Source of the DNA: Camelus ferus
Taxonomy: Eukaryota
NCBI RefSeq assembly: GCF_009834535.1
Contig: NC_045696.1
Coordinates: forward strand, 7,256,001-7,320,000
DNA: 64,000 nt
Direction: 5' to 3'
The position numbers were made by a program, and so were the translations under genes. Under the pieces are notes generated by a model that saw only the letters and a list, made by a program, of their open reading frames with translations, had not been told where the DNA came from and did no database searches. Shown here piece by piece: positions 1 through 14,040 of the stretch. The stretch's first letter is position 1. The number at the start of each line of letters is the position of its first letter.

Positions 1-264
1 ACTGCAGCAAAGATGAAACGACTCTCCCTGGCCCGTACTGTGAGGAGACAAAGGCGTAATCAGTTAGAGCTGGCTAGTTTTTATGTTTTTAATTAATTTC
101 AAAACTTGCCTTTTGATATACTCTACTTAGCATTTTAACTCAAATGCCAAATAATTTACTTCCTCTTTGTATTAATTACAAGATTTTTGCTAAACAAAAA
201 CATTAAGTAAAAAGCCTCCCCCAAAAGTGTACTAAGAAAGCTAAATGGTTTCATCTACACTATT

Positions 265-672
265 TGTGGCAGAGATAGTCACCTCCTTCCTCCACAATTA
301 CAGTCAAGCACCCGAATGCCCAGCAAGGGAACACTTCCCAGCTTCCCAAGCAGCTGGGGATGGCCATGTGACTAAGTTCTCATGACAGAATGTGAAAAAA
401 GCGTGGTGTGACACTTTTGATCTTTTAAGATATGGAATGAACATTTCTCTGTCTCTTCGCCTTCCTGTGAGTTGAGACAAAGACAACACAAACGAGGCCC
501 ACACCCTACAGCACTGCAAAGGATCTAGATGGAAGAGATAAATCTCCCTGAATGACTGACCGAGGGAGCACCCGCACCGACGTGGCCGTTCTACTGGAGA
601 TGATGCTATGTTCTTGGAACCATCGAACTGCTGGCTCCCGGTTACAGGAGCCTCACCATGGACTCTAATATG
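265..672 (+). mobile_element. Ancient ERVL solo LTR, LTR16-like
   Basis: Begins TGTGGCAG; contains cttcccagcttcccaagcagctggggatggccatgtgactaagttct typical of LTR16. Confidence 0.6.
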
Positions 673-974
673 CTACTGTTTGCGTGACAACTGGAACTAA
701 TTCCTTCTAACACCTACATCAGCCAAGGACATTTCTAAGGTGTTTCAATAATAAAGTTTGGATGCTGAAGGGTTATTAAGAGATCATCTACGAAATACTT
801 CGTTATAAACAAGGATGTTGAAGTCTAGAGATTAAAAACTACGGCAGGCAAGAACACTGGAAGCCCAGGGTTCCTAACCTCCCAGCTCACTTTCCCTTCA
901 ACACTATGCTACAGGCTAGATCCTAAAATCATCAGAAAAGAAAACTACACTTTTTAAAATAATCCTTGGATTAA

Positions 975-1050
975 TTTCATTCATTGATTCAACAAATAAT
1001 CTTCCCCAGCATCTGCCAGGTGCCAAGCAATGTGTTTTCAGGTGAATGCA
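975..1050 (-). mobile_element. L2 3' end fragment
   Basis: ttcattcattgattcaacaaata...ccaggtgccaagca. Confidence 0.55.
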
Positions 1051-2064
1051 GACTTACAGAGGCCTTTAGTTTTCTGGTTGTACTATGCCTTTAACTCTCC
1101 TGAGCCTGCACAAATTACAAAGGAAATATAACAAGTACAAAGCCGTTAACACTACCTTGAAGGACCTAGCAATACTCCTATCAAAATTTGAGAGTTTTCT
1201 TTACAGAAGATAACATGTTAGAAACTTCTCTTTTACTCCTCCCACAACTGCCCTGCAATAACCCCCATCCCAGAAAAGCACATTCATGCCATACCAGCCC
1301 AGAGCAAAGAAAGAAGCCAGCAAATCCAGGTGGCAGTATTCTTCCTATACTCCCTCTCCTTCCCAGAGAACATGGGCACTGGGCCCTGCCTTCCCACCCC
1401 TACAATGCCCTGAGATCCGTGCCACTGAGAAGACAGAAGCATGGGGCAAGGCATCACTCCCAGAAGAGACAGGAACACCTCCTTTCCAGAGACACACAAG
1501 GGATCCTGCTGAGCTGTATGTTAACAAGCTAAAGAACAGGAAGAGCTTCACTCATATAGAGCTCTAAGGTTGCCAAATTCTAGGGCAGAGTCCGTTCTAA
1601 CAGTGCTCTGTCCCTAAGGGTAAGATCAATCTACCCGGATACAAAGCATCAGAGTGTAAAATGCTTTCACCCTCCAGCTTTTTTAAAGGAAAATCTAATG
1701 TAGGTAAAATCTTAGTATTAAAAAAAACATTATCCAAATCGCATACTAAGGTTTTCCAGGAGAGGGAAGTGGCACAGGCCCCATGGGGCAGGTACTATGT
1801 CAGAATGATTCTTATAGGACGTTTCTCAGCCTTTTTTCCTTTATTCCCATCCCCAGGAGGAAAGCAATTTAAATTTCTCCTTAACGAGAAATAATAAGTA
1901 TTATCGAATAATATTTTGTCAGGTAAGACTGACTTACAAAGGGTCACAAAACACAGTAATATCTAAGATTTTTTTCACTCCCCCACACCCAAGAACAATT
2001 TTTGCCCTGTTTGGGAGTGATATCAACCTCACGGAGAATGCACGGTATAGGACCTAAACATGTG

Positions 2065-2225
2065 ATCCTCAAACTTTACATCATTCAGATCCCTTCTCAG
2101 ATATTTGGATATGCTAAGTCTGGGGGTCAGACCCAAAAAGACTGCATTTCTTTTAAGCTTTCCAGAGGACTCCTACAAACATGGTCAATGAGCCAACAAT
2201 GTTTCCATTGTCACATCCAAACTGA
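2065..2225. mobile_element. MER5-like hAT-Charlie remnant
   Basis: aagtctgggggtcagacccaaaaagactgcatttcttttaagctttccagagg resembles the MER5 core. Confidence 0.5.
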
Positions 2226-2792
2226 GCAACAAGAGGACCTCAATACTGAATCAAGATGAGAACTATCTAAATGAAATGAAACACTGTCACATTCTGGGCA
2301 CTAAGGAGACATCTCCTGGGAGAAAGTCTAGAGCTGCAGTTACAGAAGATCTGAGATGATCTATCTCTTCTTTCTCCTGTACAAAGGACAATCACAGGAG
2401 TACTGGAGAAATACTTGAGATACTTTACGGATTGTAACATGTGACCCAAAGGATGTTTACATCACTTATTTCACAAAGTACACATTGACGATTTTTATCT
2501 AGTACTTTGATATTTTAACTTAGGTGTTACTTGGAGCTGAGTAGCCCATAAAGTACTCACTGTATCTTTTGCACAATCCCCAAATCTATACTTACAAACC
2601 CTACCAAAATTACCAAGCCACAGTTTAAGTGAATGTAACAAATTATATTAACATTATATAGCTATCTGAATGTAGTTACAGCAAAAAGTTAGGCATTCAG
2701 TCACATCATCGTGTTATAAAACGAATAAGCTAGTCAGGTGAGATGGAAAGTCACCTTTTTTCCTTTTCCCCTTCAGAAAGATAGTTGATTCC

Positions 2793-3270
2793 TGTGATGG
2801 TGTGTCCCTTGGTGGCCCCAAGTAAACCACTCTTGCCAGTGTCCACACCTTGCACAGTCCCCTCAGCCTGAATCTGGGCTGGCCTGTGACTTGCTTTTGG
2901 CATAAAGAATTTGGTGAAGATGACACTAATGCCAGTTCCAAGCATAAATCTTAAGACGGACCACTGGCTTCTGCTGTTGGCACCTCCAGAATCCAGTTCC
3001 CACCTCTGGAATCCAGCCACCATGTACAAAGTTCAGTCACCTCAAGACCACACCCTGAGAAAGCCCATGGTAACCAAGTGAAAAAGGCATATGGAGGAAG
3101 ATGCCCAGACACCACACACAAGCAGAACACAGCATCTCAGACTTTCTAGTCTCAGCAGGCGCCATGCGGCATGGAGGCAAGCCCCGCCCACATTGGAGAC
3201 TGCGAGCAAAGAGTATTGGTTGTTTTACACCACTGAGTTTTGACATGGTTCATTAAATAAATATAGAAAA
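2793..3270 (+). mobile_element. MaLR LTR (MLT1F/G-like)
   Basis: TGTGATGG start; gaatctgggctggcctgtgacttgctttt; 3' ggttgttttacaccactgagttttg. Confidence 0.7.
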
Positions 3271-4959
3271 TCTCAACATTTTGTATGCAAGCAAATATGG
3301 AAAAAAAATTATAATGTACCTGTTTGCAAAATGTTTGAAAGTAAACACCCTACGTCTTCTGAAAGAATTTACCTTCTTGAACTTGAAAAAAAGGCTAGTA
3401 AATTCTGACATCTTATACTGTATCAGCACACTTCTTTAACAAATAACTCAGAATCCCTACCAGATGGTTAATATTGAGGAGAGAAGGCAGTCAAAACTCA
3501 TCTCCAGACTACAGACCTATACACACAGAACAGTTTATTTATTAAACTTCAATAAAAACTTGCCTAGAGATAACCTCTGGGAATATGCCCTCCTGGCTAA
3601 GAATACAGATTTTTTAAACTGGTTTGTATCCTTACACAGAGGCAGTAACAATCCCTGTTCAATCTAGCAAAGGCCCCAGATACCAATATATTCTGTAAAT
3701 GCTATTTAGAATAAACCAGTGCACAATGTGAACACAAAAAGGAACTAATGAAAACACAGAAGCTATTCTTTCTACCCTATTCCTGCCTCCTTCCAGGAGA
3801 GTTAGGAAAAACTGAAGGAGATGACACCTGAGATGAGTAAGGTAATAGAAGACTTCCTCCAAAACCCACTCCACAAGGGCTAGAATTTAAAACATTCTAA
3901 TATTGATTCTATTAGGGGCAGAACTGCTCCCCCAAGTGTCTCTACCATTTAAATCAGGGTCTGTCACATAATAAGTACACAAACATCTGTTAAATTTAAC
4001 TCCTACAGCTATGACCTTGGACAATTCACTCGGCATCATTTATAAAAGATGAATAATGGCCTACAAGGTTGTTTTGCCAATTAAATGAGATACAAATGAT
4101 AGTATTTGGAAAATGGTAACAGGCATGAAAAAGTTTGGGTGGTATTATTATTTTAGAGGAAGTAGCATTTGTGTATTTAATGCAAAGTGTCTACTGCGTG
4201 CTAAGCTCTGTGCTCTGCAGAAAATGTAAAAGCAGCACAATGTGCTCCAAAGGAAAGCTGAGAGGACAGGAACAGAAGGGCACAACACGTGTGGGGAAAT
4301 GTAAGCTACTGAGAATAGCTCTGGAGTGAGTAAAATATGGTACGGCTGCAGAAATGAGAGTAGAAAAAGTAAGCTGGGGTTCATCTATAAGAGAACCTGA
4401 ATATTTTAATAAACTTGGTCTTCGCTACATGGAAATAAGAATCATGGATGATTAGAGGCTACAGCAAAACAGCACAAGCAGGGTGGGAGTAGGTATAGTA
4501 GGAGGAGGGGTAAGGCTGACAGTGTAACAAAAACAAAGATCTGAAAAGGGACAATTATAGCTTCAACAAGCACATATTCAACACAGTGGGTAATCCATGC
4601 ATTTGTAACTATTCTCTCGTGAAACTCCACTGAAAATAAAACCCACCTAAAATCAGAAAAGAAGTCAAAAAATAATAAAAAAAAAAAAAGGACAAATTTT
4701 TATGTAATAGAAAGAAGATGGACAGTGGAAGTAGACTTACAAGAATGAAGGAAGGCACAGAATAAATATCTACGCTTGGAGATCCAAAGGAAAAGAGTTA
4801 TTAATGAGCCCTGTAACCTGGAAAGGTGTAGGACACACACATATTCTCTATATTCATTGAGAGCCTGGGGACCACCACACTCTAACAGCAACAGGCACAC
4901 TTAACGCTCAGATTTTGGCTTCTAAATACCATGCTCCATGAAAAGAACCAGAGTTCTAG

Positions 4960-6202
4960 GCAAAGATTCCTACACTTAACACCAAATGCATGATCCATTT
5001 AAAAAAATTTAATTTAAAATTAAATTTAAAAATTGGACTTCATCAAAATTCAAACCTTTTGCTCTGAAAAAGACTCTATTAAAGAGGATGAAAAGACAAG
5101 CTATGGACAGGGTGAAAGTATCTGCAAACCACATATCCAACAAAGACCTCTTGTATCTAGAATACATAAAGAACTCTCATAACTCAACAGTAAAAAGAAA
5201 AAAATCCAATCAGAAAATGGGCAAAAGACATGAACAGATATTTCATCAAAGAAGAGATACAAATGACAAGCATATAAAAAGATGTTCAACATCATTAGTC
5301 ATTAGGGAAAGGCAAATTAAAACCATAATAGGGTACCACCACACCTATGGGAACTAAATAAAAAACAGTGGTAACACCAAATGGTGGGGAGGATGCTGAG
5401 AAACTGGATCCCTCATATAGGGTTGTGGGAACAAAAAGTAGGACACTCTGGAAAACAGTCTGGTGGTTGCTTATAAAACTAAACATGCACTCACTATATG
5501 ACCCAGCAATCACTCTTAAACGTCTATCCCAGAAAATGGAAAAGTTAATGTTTACATAAAAACCTGTACTCAAACATTCAAAGCAGTTTAATTCATAATT
5601 ATATAAAATATTGGAAGCAATCTATATGTCTTTCAATAAGTGAATGGTTGAACAAACTTGGTACACACATACAATAAAATACTGTTCAGCAGTAAGAAGG
5701 AATTAACTATTAATACACAACACCAAATGGACCACAAGGGTATTATGCTTCATGAAAAAAAGCTGATCTCAAAAGGTTACATACTATATGATTCCATTCC
5801 TATAACTTACTGAAATGACAGAACTATATATAGACATGGAGAATAAACAAAATGGTGTGTGGGGGGTGCTGGGAATACAAAGAGGTAACAAAAGAGTTCT
5901 TTTAAAGTGATGGAACAGCTCTGTTATCTTGACTGTAGGGCTAGCTACACAAATCTATACATGGAACAGATAAGTTACAAAGAACTACACATACACACAA
6001 ATGCAGGTTTAAAAAATAATGAAAAGTAAGTTCTGGAGTGCAGTTAAGAGAAATGTACCAGATGTATCAAATTTTCTGATTCTGATACTGTACTAGAGCT
6101 ACCTGAAATTTCACCAGTGGGGAAAGTTGGATGATGGAGTACATGGGATTTTACACTATTTTTGCAACTTTCTGTGAATCTACAATTATTTCAAAATAAA
6201 GG
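4960..6202 (+). mobile_element. Old L1 (L1MD/MC-like): 3' ORF2 remnant plus 3' UTR
   Basis: Degenerate ORF2 C-terminus (track ORFs 5088-5357 and 5368-5559: HIKRCSTSLVIRERQIKT, TLWKTVWWLL); ends tgtgaatctacaattatttcaaaataaa. Flanked by older L1MC-like 3' UTR pieces (~4600-4960, 6215-6620, 7140-7630). Confidence 0.85.
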
Positions 6203-6624
6203 ATTTTTTTTAAAAGGACTCCTTGGAAAAATGGCCAATTCCAATTCCAAGACTAAGACAGAAGTTCAAGATAAGCCTGGAAAGTGCTCAAAAAAAATGG
6301 AGACATGCTAAAAGGACACAGATGTTAACTTGAAGGCCAAAATCTGGGACAATTGAAGCATCAAAATAAATAATTACAGTAATGGATTACAACCCACTGC
6401 ATATAACTGAAAATCAGGTATCCACAGTGATATAAAACAAATGAATAAATTAAAAATGTGATTACTGATGGACTACTGACATAGTCTCAAAATACCTCTA
6501 TACAAAATATTTATTAAAGAGGCAGGAAAAGTAATTTTTAAATGTGGAGAAGCCTTGAAGGCACCTCCATAATGTGATCAAAGTGAGCATTATCAATAAC
6601 AGGACAAACTGAAATCATGCCACC

Positions 6625-7137
6625 TAGAGTAGGCACAATAACGCCCCCGCCCCCGCAAGGCCTGGATCCTAATCCAGGATCCTAATTCTTAGAACCTATG
6701 AACATGTTACTTTACATGGCAAAGGGGAATTATAGTTGCAGAAGAAATTGCCAATCAGACAACTTTAAAACTGAGATTATCCTCGATTATCCCGGTGGGC
6801 CGAATGTCATCACAAAGATCCTTAAAAGTGAAAGAAGGTGTAGAGGGGGAGAGAAAGAGCAGCAGGAGATGGACGAGGCCCAAAGCTGCTGGCTGAAAAG
6901 ACAGGAAGCCAGCCATAAGCCTAGAAAAGCAGGCAGCCTCTAGAAGCTGGAAAAGGCAAGAAAAAGCATTCTCTCAGACAGCCTCCAAAAGGAATGCAGC
7001 CCTGATGACACCTTGATTTGAGCCCAGCAGAGATGCACTGTGGACTTCTGAGCTCTAGAATTGTAATATAATAAACTTGTGTTTTTTGTCACTAAATTTG
7101 TGGCGATTTTTAGAGCCAAAACAGAAAACCAGTAACA
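6625..7137 (+). mobile_element. MaLR LTR, MLT1D-like, nested in old L1
   Basis: gaacatgttactttacatggcaaagggga, gagattatcctcgattatcc, gcctctagaagctggaaaaggcaag, end ...ccagtaaca. Confidence 0.85.
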
Positions 7138-7699
7138 CATCATCTAACAAAATGCAGTGAAATTAATACAGCATCATTTCTACGATACTGCTGGTAAAAA
7201 TACCTAACCAACATCTAATATGAAGAAATATCAGACAAACTTGCACTGAGGGTGACTCTATAAAATAACTAGCCTGTATTCTTCAAAACTATCAGTATCA
7301 TAAAAAAGAACAGTTGAGTAACTATTCTAGATCAAGAGTTGAAAAGACAGGACAACAGGTGATCCAATATTATATCATTTTCCTGTAAGGAACACCATGG
7401 GGGAAACTGCTCAAACCTGAAAGGAGGCTTAAGGATCAGACAACTGTAATGTATCAGTGTTAAATTCCTGCCTTTGATGGTTGTATTGTTGTTAGGCAAG
7501 AGAATGTCTCTGTTTGTGGGAAATATGCACTACAATGTTCGACAAAGAAGAGACATCAAAGATTCAGGAAATTAAAGTTATTTGTACTTTACCGGCAACT
7601 TATGAGTTCATTTCAACAAAGAAGTAAATAAAAGAAATGTAGTAAAATTCCAAATTGCAGCCCAAACCCTAACCAGACTAACAACTATCATGCCCTTAA

Positions 7700-9960
7700 A
7701 AAGACCAGAGGCAGGCTCTCTTTGGGAAAATGAGAAGAGGTTATACACTTGGAGATACTAAGCACAACAGAGGACGGGTTGAGGAACAAGACTAAAAACA
7801 GAAGAACTGAGTTCAAGTGTGTACAGGAGCCCCTGTCCCCAGTTCTGCCTGTAGAACACCAGCAACAGGAACAGGCACTCCCTCTCCCCCAGCATGGGAC
7901 TTACAGTTTCAGTCAGGAGACACCAAGAGCCCTGGAGTAAAAGCCCTGGGGATACTCACACTCACGGGTTCGCCTCACCCACACAAGGAGCTCCCACCAG
8001 CTTTATCGCAACTTACCCATAAATACAAGCCACCAGCCCGGTAATGGCCAGATATTTGAGGGAAGCTGCCGAAAATCAAAGACAGAAATCAAAACAAATA
8101 GAAAAACAGGAATCCAGAGGAAACTAAGACGAGGCCATGAAGAGAAAAAGGGCAATTTAACCATAATACAAATGTGCTTGAAGAGGTAAAAGAATATGTG
8201 CATTCATGAAGTAAAAACAAAATGCTAGTGGGGAAAAAAAAGGAGTAGAGAATCAAAAAAATACCCGGATGAAAAATAAAAGTTGAAAAATACCTCCGAA
8301 GAAGGGTAAAAAAAGTAACAAGTAGAAAACAGACAAGGTAACAAAACTGTATGTCACCTGAGAAAACCACAAAGAGAAAAAAAAATCATCAAGGAAATTA
8401 CACAATAAAATTTCCCAGATCTACAGGACGCATCTCCAAAGTAAAAGGATGGGCCCAACACAATAAAAACACTCACGCTAGAGCACATTACTACGAAACT
8501 TCAGAACACCCGAGATAAAGAAAAGATTCTTAAAACTTGGGGGGGGGGGGGATCACATAAAAAGGACCAGAATCTCTAATAAATTAATGTATCCATGCAA
8601 TATTTGGTGGCCACTAACATCACAGTCAGATATTTTGTGCCTGCTGATGGTAATGTATCACTCATGTACAATTCTCCCCACTCACCACCCCTCCAAAAAG
8701 AGAAAGAGAGAAGAAAAACAGAATTTTATCAAGCCTGTAGATCTTACCACTAAGTAAAAGTAAACATATTACGAGTGACTGGAAACAAGTCAATGACACC
8801 ACAGGGTTTCATTCAACAACATCCAGGCTGTAGGAAACTACAAGACAGATAGTACAGTTTCCTCAACAAATAAAACTCAAGGGGAAAAAAAACCAATGAA
8901 TTTAAAAGACTTAAGAAATTCATCAGTCAATGGCAATTTATGGACCTTACTTAGATCCTGATTTGAATACACTGGTTAAAAATGTAATTATGAAGCAATC
9001 AAAGTAATTTAAATTATAACTAGATATTTAAAGAATTATTGTTAATCTTTTAAAGATATGATAATGCTACTGGGGTTACAGTTTAGAAACTAGACCTTAT
9101 CTTTTAGAGATACATACAGAAATAGTCACAAGTGAAATTATCTACCTGCGTTTGCTTATATAAAATCAAAGGGAAGAGGGGTAGACAGGATTATAAATTT
9201 TTTAAAAGTGGCCACAAGTTGATCAATGTTGAAGTCGGGTGTTTGGTACAAGGGAGTGCATTATGTTCTCTAACTTTTTCATCCTTTTTTTTATGGAACC
9301 CAGAATAAAATTACATCTGCTCTACAAAGCTGGAAGACCACGAAGCAATACATTCAGGGTTCTCAGTAAAAATTATATTCCAACTGCAATTCTGTACCCA
9401 GTCAAAACTTTTACACATGAGGGAAAGCAGATTAAAGATATTTTCAGGCAAAGTCTCAAAAACTTAACCTCTCACGTACCCTTTCTCAGGAAGCACTGAA
9501 AGTTGTGCTCAGGCAAAATGAAAGATAAAAGTAGGAAAGATAAAGGTCAGAGACTAGGAACCAGGAGATTCGAACCTGTTGGAGACATACAAAAGGAATT
9601 TTATAGGTAAAGCAAGTATTCCACACAGGAGTGGTTTCATGGAGGGCCCCTAAGAACCTTCTTAAGGGAAGGGTGGGGTGGGTGAGAACGAAGGATGGGA
9701 CAATGAATTATCTGATGCTCAAGCAAGACTCTACTGAGAAGTTACTGGTAGGTATGAGAAAACTGAGTCACTAGCACCTAGAAAACAAAGCAAACAGAAG
9801 TACAATTATTAATTTCAAGAAAAACAAAATTATGCAAGGAGGAAAATGTAATCATAGTATACAATTTGGCTCCATGGTGAACAAGACTTAACACAGTCTT
9901 TATTAAACACTGAATCCATTTAATGGAAAAAAATATCTTAATTACAATGGATAGTTGGAA
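7700..9960 (+). mobile_element. Highly degenerate L1M/HAL1-type ORF1-region fragments interrupted by an L1MC-like 3' piece
   Basis: A-rich strand; aaaatttcccagatct, gaaacttcagaacacccgagataaagaaaagattcttaaaac, caatacattcagggttctcagtaaaaattatattccaactgcaattctgtacccagtcaaa. Confidence 0.55.
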
Positions 9961-10049
9961 GAAGAAAAGTGTAAGGCAGGTGGTTTAGAGTTAAATATTC
10001 ATCTGCCTTAATAGAAAGTCAATGATGTCTTAAATTTTAAGTCAAATAT

Positions 10050-10585
10050 CAAAACAGGGTCAGTTACCTACCCAGCCACCAATCTCCCCCTTCTTCTTTT
10101 GTAACGGAAGCTAATTCTGTCCAGAACCCATTTGCACACCCACCCACTGAGGCATGTGCTCGAGGAGGACGCTCAATTCTAGGCATGTGCCTAATTGGTC
10201 TGAATGTGATCCCATTTCCCTTTCTAGGGAGCCTTTCAGAAACAGGCATTTAACCCAGGAGATAAGTTTGCTGCAGTTTCTAGGCAAAGCTTCCACATTC
10301 TTATATAGCTATATGAAAAACAATTTTCTTTCTCTGGACATTGTTGTTTCTGGATACAACTCCTGAAACTGCTGCAACAGTCTTATTAATTTGAGGATAT
10401 AACCAGCCACTGACTAAAGGTGGAGATGGCAAAACTGGGGCCCTGAAGACATTACTGTGCCACAAAATCAATTAGCCCTAAAGCCCATCCGACCTTTGGA
10501 ATTTCAACTATAAGTTCAATTCTTATTTGAAGCCAGTTTGGACCATGGTCTCAGTACTTGCATCCTAAAGCATCCTAACTGACAA
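10050..10585 (+). mobile_element. Ancient ERVL LTR (LTR16/LTR33-like)
   Basis: 3' end agccagtttggaccatggtctcagtacttgcatcctaaagcatcctaactgaca. Confidence 0.55.
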
Positions 10586-11994
10586 GCAAATTATTTAGAT
10601 ACAGACAGGAAAGTAGCAGAAGCGGCAGCTAAGAGTTGAGGTGATTCATATTGATTCATATCAGGCAGAGCTTGCCAACTAGTGTACATGGCACACAGTG
10701 TCACCAATGTTCCAGAAGCGCCAAGATCCCCTAAAGATGTCAAGACAGCCAAACAGCCTTTCTATTTTGTCCATGTAGACCCTGGAGTGGAAAAGCCTGG
10801 GAAGCACAGCTCCAGGGAGCAGGGGTAGAAGTAATGAGGGGTGTAGCCGGGGACAGCTTTTTTTCATCATAAGCCTTTCAGCACTACTCAATTTTCATTA
10901 TACGCATATTAAAACTAAAAATTAATTCTTAAAAAATTGCAGTAAGCAAAAAAACAGACTAAAGAGGTGATCTGCAGAGGGGTCATTAACAATAATATAA
11001 AGAAAGAACTTAATGGAAGACTATCTCAGAAACAAAACTCAAGAAGACTGGGTAACAGAGTAAATTTGAAAGTGACTGAGGGGAACAATTACAAGGAGTC
11101 AGACCATATCGATGTTTCTTCTTTGGCGACGTAACTCTACTCGATCACACAAAGTGAAAACAAAAGTACTTTGTTGTACATTACACTGGTTGGATTATAC
11201 CAAACTCTCCTCAAGTTTTACAAGTAATTGAACTTGGGAAGCTGAGACACAGTATAAAATAATAGCACAAACTCTTCATTCAGCCATGTATGAAGGCTTA
11301 AGCAAGATTCTAGTCCTAGACACACAACATAGAAAATGTACATGGTTCCTGCTCTCACGAAATTAATCTAGTATCTGGTAAAATATATTCCACAGAAGCA
11401 GCACAAATAATAACTAAGAGTGAGGGCTGAGCGTGGTTTGAATCCTATCTCACCAACCACTGGGGACAATTACTTCATCTCTAAGCCTAATTTTCATCAT
11501 CAGTTACTTAAAAATAATACCTTACTAGGCTGTGGTATGCATGTGTTTATAAAGTGTTCAGAGCAAGCTTAATAAAGATTGTCTTTACTATGTTAACAGG
11601 TTTCCTATAACATGCTAATGTGCATTGTGAATATCCAAAGAAGGTAATTTTCTCCCAGCTTATTTCTTCCTCCATCTCAAGGAGTAGTCTGCAGAGTACA
11701 CTTATGGCAAGAGAAGCTCCCTACTGTGTACCCTGCTCCTGATCCACTAGGACTGATTTTTACTACTGTATTCTCATCCTGACAGCCTCTTAATTTTTTT
11801 CAACCACTTTTACTATCCATTCTGCAAACCTCTGTAATCAGTTATAAGACTATTATGCCTCAGTCTCTCATGCTAGATCCTGACCATCCTAGAAAGAGAG
11901 GGAACATCTTTTAGACTGACTGCTCCAGCAGCTGGAAAAACATAGTATGGTAACATTGAAAATGCCATTTCAAAAACACAAAGCATGTGCTTTA

Positions 11995-12330
11995 ACTTCA
12001 TTCTTACAGTTATTCAGCAAATATTTATGGAGTCTCTATTTTGCCAGGCCCCTCTACGCTAGGCCCTGAAGACAGATACAGCAGTGAACAAAGCAGATGC
12101 AACACCTGCTCTTTAAGTAGCTTAGTCTAAAGAAAGCAGATACAAAAATAAATAAACTATAACTAATAGCTATAAACTTAAGGTGGAACAAGTGTGAAGT
12201 AACAAGAAGGAAAAGTTCAAGGTGTTTTGAAACCTAACCTAGACTAGAGGGATGAGGGAGTCAAAGAAGGCTTCCCTGAATATATGACACCTAAACTGAG
12301 ACAGAAAGAATGAGTAGGAGTCAGCAGGAT
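11995..12330 (-). mobile_element. L2 fragment
   Basis: tattcagcaaatatttatggagtctctattttgccaggcc...gtcaaagaaggcttccctgaa...aactgagacagaaagaatgagtaggag. Confidence 0.7.
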
Positions 12331-12339
12331 GGAGTCCTG

Positions 12340-12515
12340 AGCACTTCATAAGCATTCTATTACTCTTCACAGCACTACAAAGACTAGGCATATGTTATCC
12401 CCACAAGGAAACTGAGGCTCAGAGAAGTTTTCATGGCTGGGAAAAGGCAAGGCTAGGATTCAAGGCCAGATATCTAGGTCAGACTCCAGAGAATGCACTC
12501 TTTACCACTACACTC
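12340..12515 (-). mobile_element. MIR SINE
   Basis: gttatccccacaaggaaactgaggctcagagaagtt...gactccagagaatgcactctttaccactacac. Confidence 0.75.
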
Positions 12516-13056
12516 TGTAATGCACAGACTCTAAGGCGGCTCCCGTAACACTGCCTCCTGCTGTCCATGTCCTTCCACAGACCCTTCCCCTTGATCCAAG
12601 ACCTGTGACTTGCTTTTAACCAAGAGAATACAGGAAAAGTGAAGGGATGTCACTTCGGCGGTTATGATACATAAGACTGTACATCTGTCAAGTGTACTGA
12701 CTCCTTCACTGTCTTAAAGAAAGTAAGCAGCCACGCTGGAAAGAACCACACAGCAAGAAACTGAGGGCAGGTGCCTGCCAATAAGTAGCAAGAATCGGAG
12801 GCCCTCAATCCAATACTGTACAGGGAACTGAAATCTACCAATAATCATATGACTTTAGAGGATATCTTTCCCCAGTCAATCCTCAGATGAGACCACAGCC
12901 CCAGTCAACAACTTGACAAACCCCTCTGAGACACTAAAGCAGAGAATTCAACCAAGTTGTGCCAAGACATCTGACCTACAGAGACCGAGACAATAAATGT
13001 GTCTTAAGCTTCTAAGTTTAAAGTAATATTGTTACATATCAAGAAGTAACTAACAC
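12516..13056 (+). mobile_element. MaLR LTR (MLT1E-like)
   Basis: gacctgtgacttgcttttaaccaagagaata...aagggatgtcacttc; end aagtaactaaca. Confidence 0.75.
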
Positions 13057-13589
13057 ACTGTTGCACAATAAAGTTTTTCCACCATATCCTCGTGCTTCAC
13101 TGAAATGATTCTTCAACTACAATTAACTACAAATCAAGCCAACTTCAGGTAGCAGTCACAACTGCTTTTTAAGCAAAACTCATGTACCAAGTTAGCAATG
13201 TCAACCACAATATGACCCTGAATTTCACTTGTATTTTTATTAAGGTATATCTGACATAAAATAATATTCTAGTTTCTGGTGTACAACATAGTGATTTGAC
13301 ATCTGACATTTCATTTTACAGTAGCCATTTTAACAACCTTGTTAATTACATTATCTTTATCACTTCTGTCTGTTTCTACTGACTGAGTTTTCTCTTCTAT
13401 ATCTTCAAGCTCACTAACCTTTTCTTCTGTATTGTCCCATCTGAATTAATGCCATCTAGTATATTTTTCATCCCACACATTAGTTTTCACCTGTAAAAGT
13501 TTTATTTGGTTCTTCTAATACCTTTCACATCTCTGCCTAACCCTGACCCTAGAAAGTTCCTTGGAAGTGTCTATTATCTTAATTAGCAT

Positions 13590-14040
13590 CATCCAAGGTT
13601 CTTAGTTACAAACAAAAGAAACTCTGGTTTTGTTGAAACTGAAAAGGAAGTTATTTAAAAAGCATATTAGGCAACTCACAGAAAACCCCAGGAGGGCCAG
13701 GCTGGAAGACTAACTAATCAAGAACACCCAAAATTCAAACCACAGATCTGGTCCAGTGGAGACAACACAAGATAAGGTCCCTGTGACTTGTACAGATACC
13801 AATGAGCCAGGAACTTAACTCTACAACTGGATCTATCACTAACCGCCTCTAAAAAACAGACACAGCTGCCATCCCCCTTGCACTGCAGAACAGACTCTAC
13901 AAAGTGCCTGCTTCTACAAATCACAGGCTTCCAGTGTAGTAGAGGCCCCAGGTCACATGATTGTATCCTAACAGCAAAAGAGGTAGAGAAAGTGAGTAAC
14001 TGGCTTCCATAATGGAAGAAGAGTTCTACCTCCCACCAAG
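13590..14040 (-). mobile_element. Ancient MaLR LTR (MLT1J/K/L-like)
   Basis: ggttcttagttacaaacaaaagaaactc start and aggtcacatgattgtatcctaacagcaaaagagg typical of reverse-oriented MLT1. Confidence 0.55.

Noticed and set aside
1188..1567. Cluster of short overlapping ORFs as a possible exon
   Set aside because: No recognisable protein and no convincing splice-site pair on the minus strand
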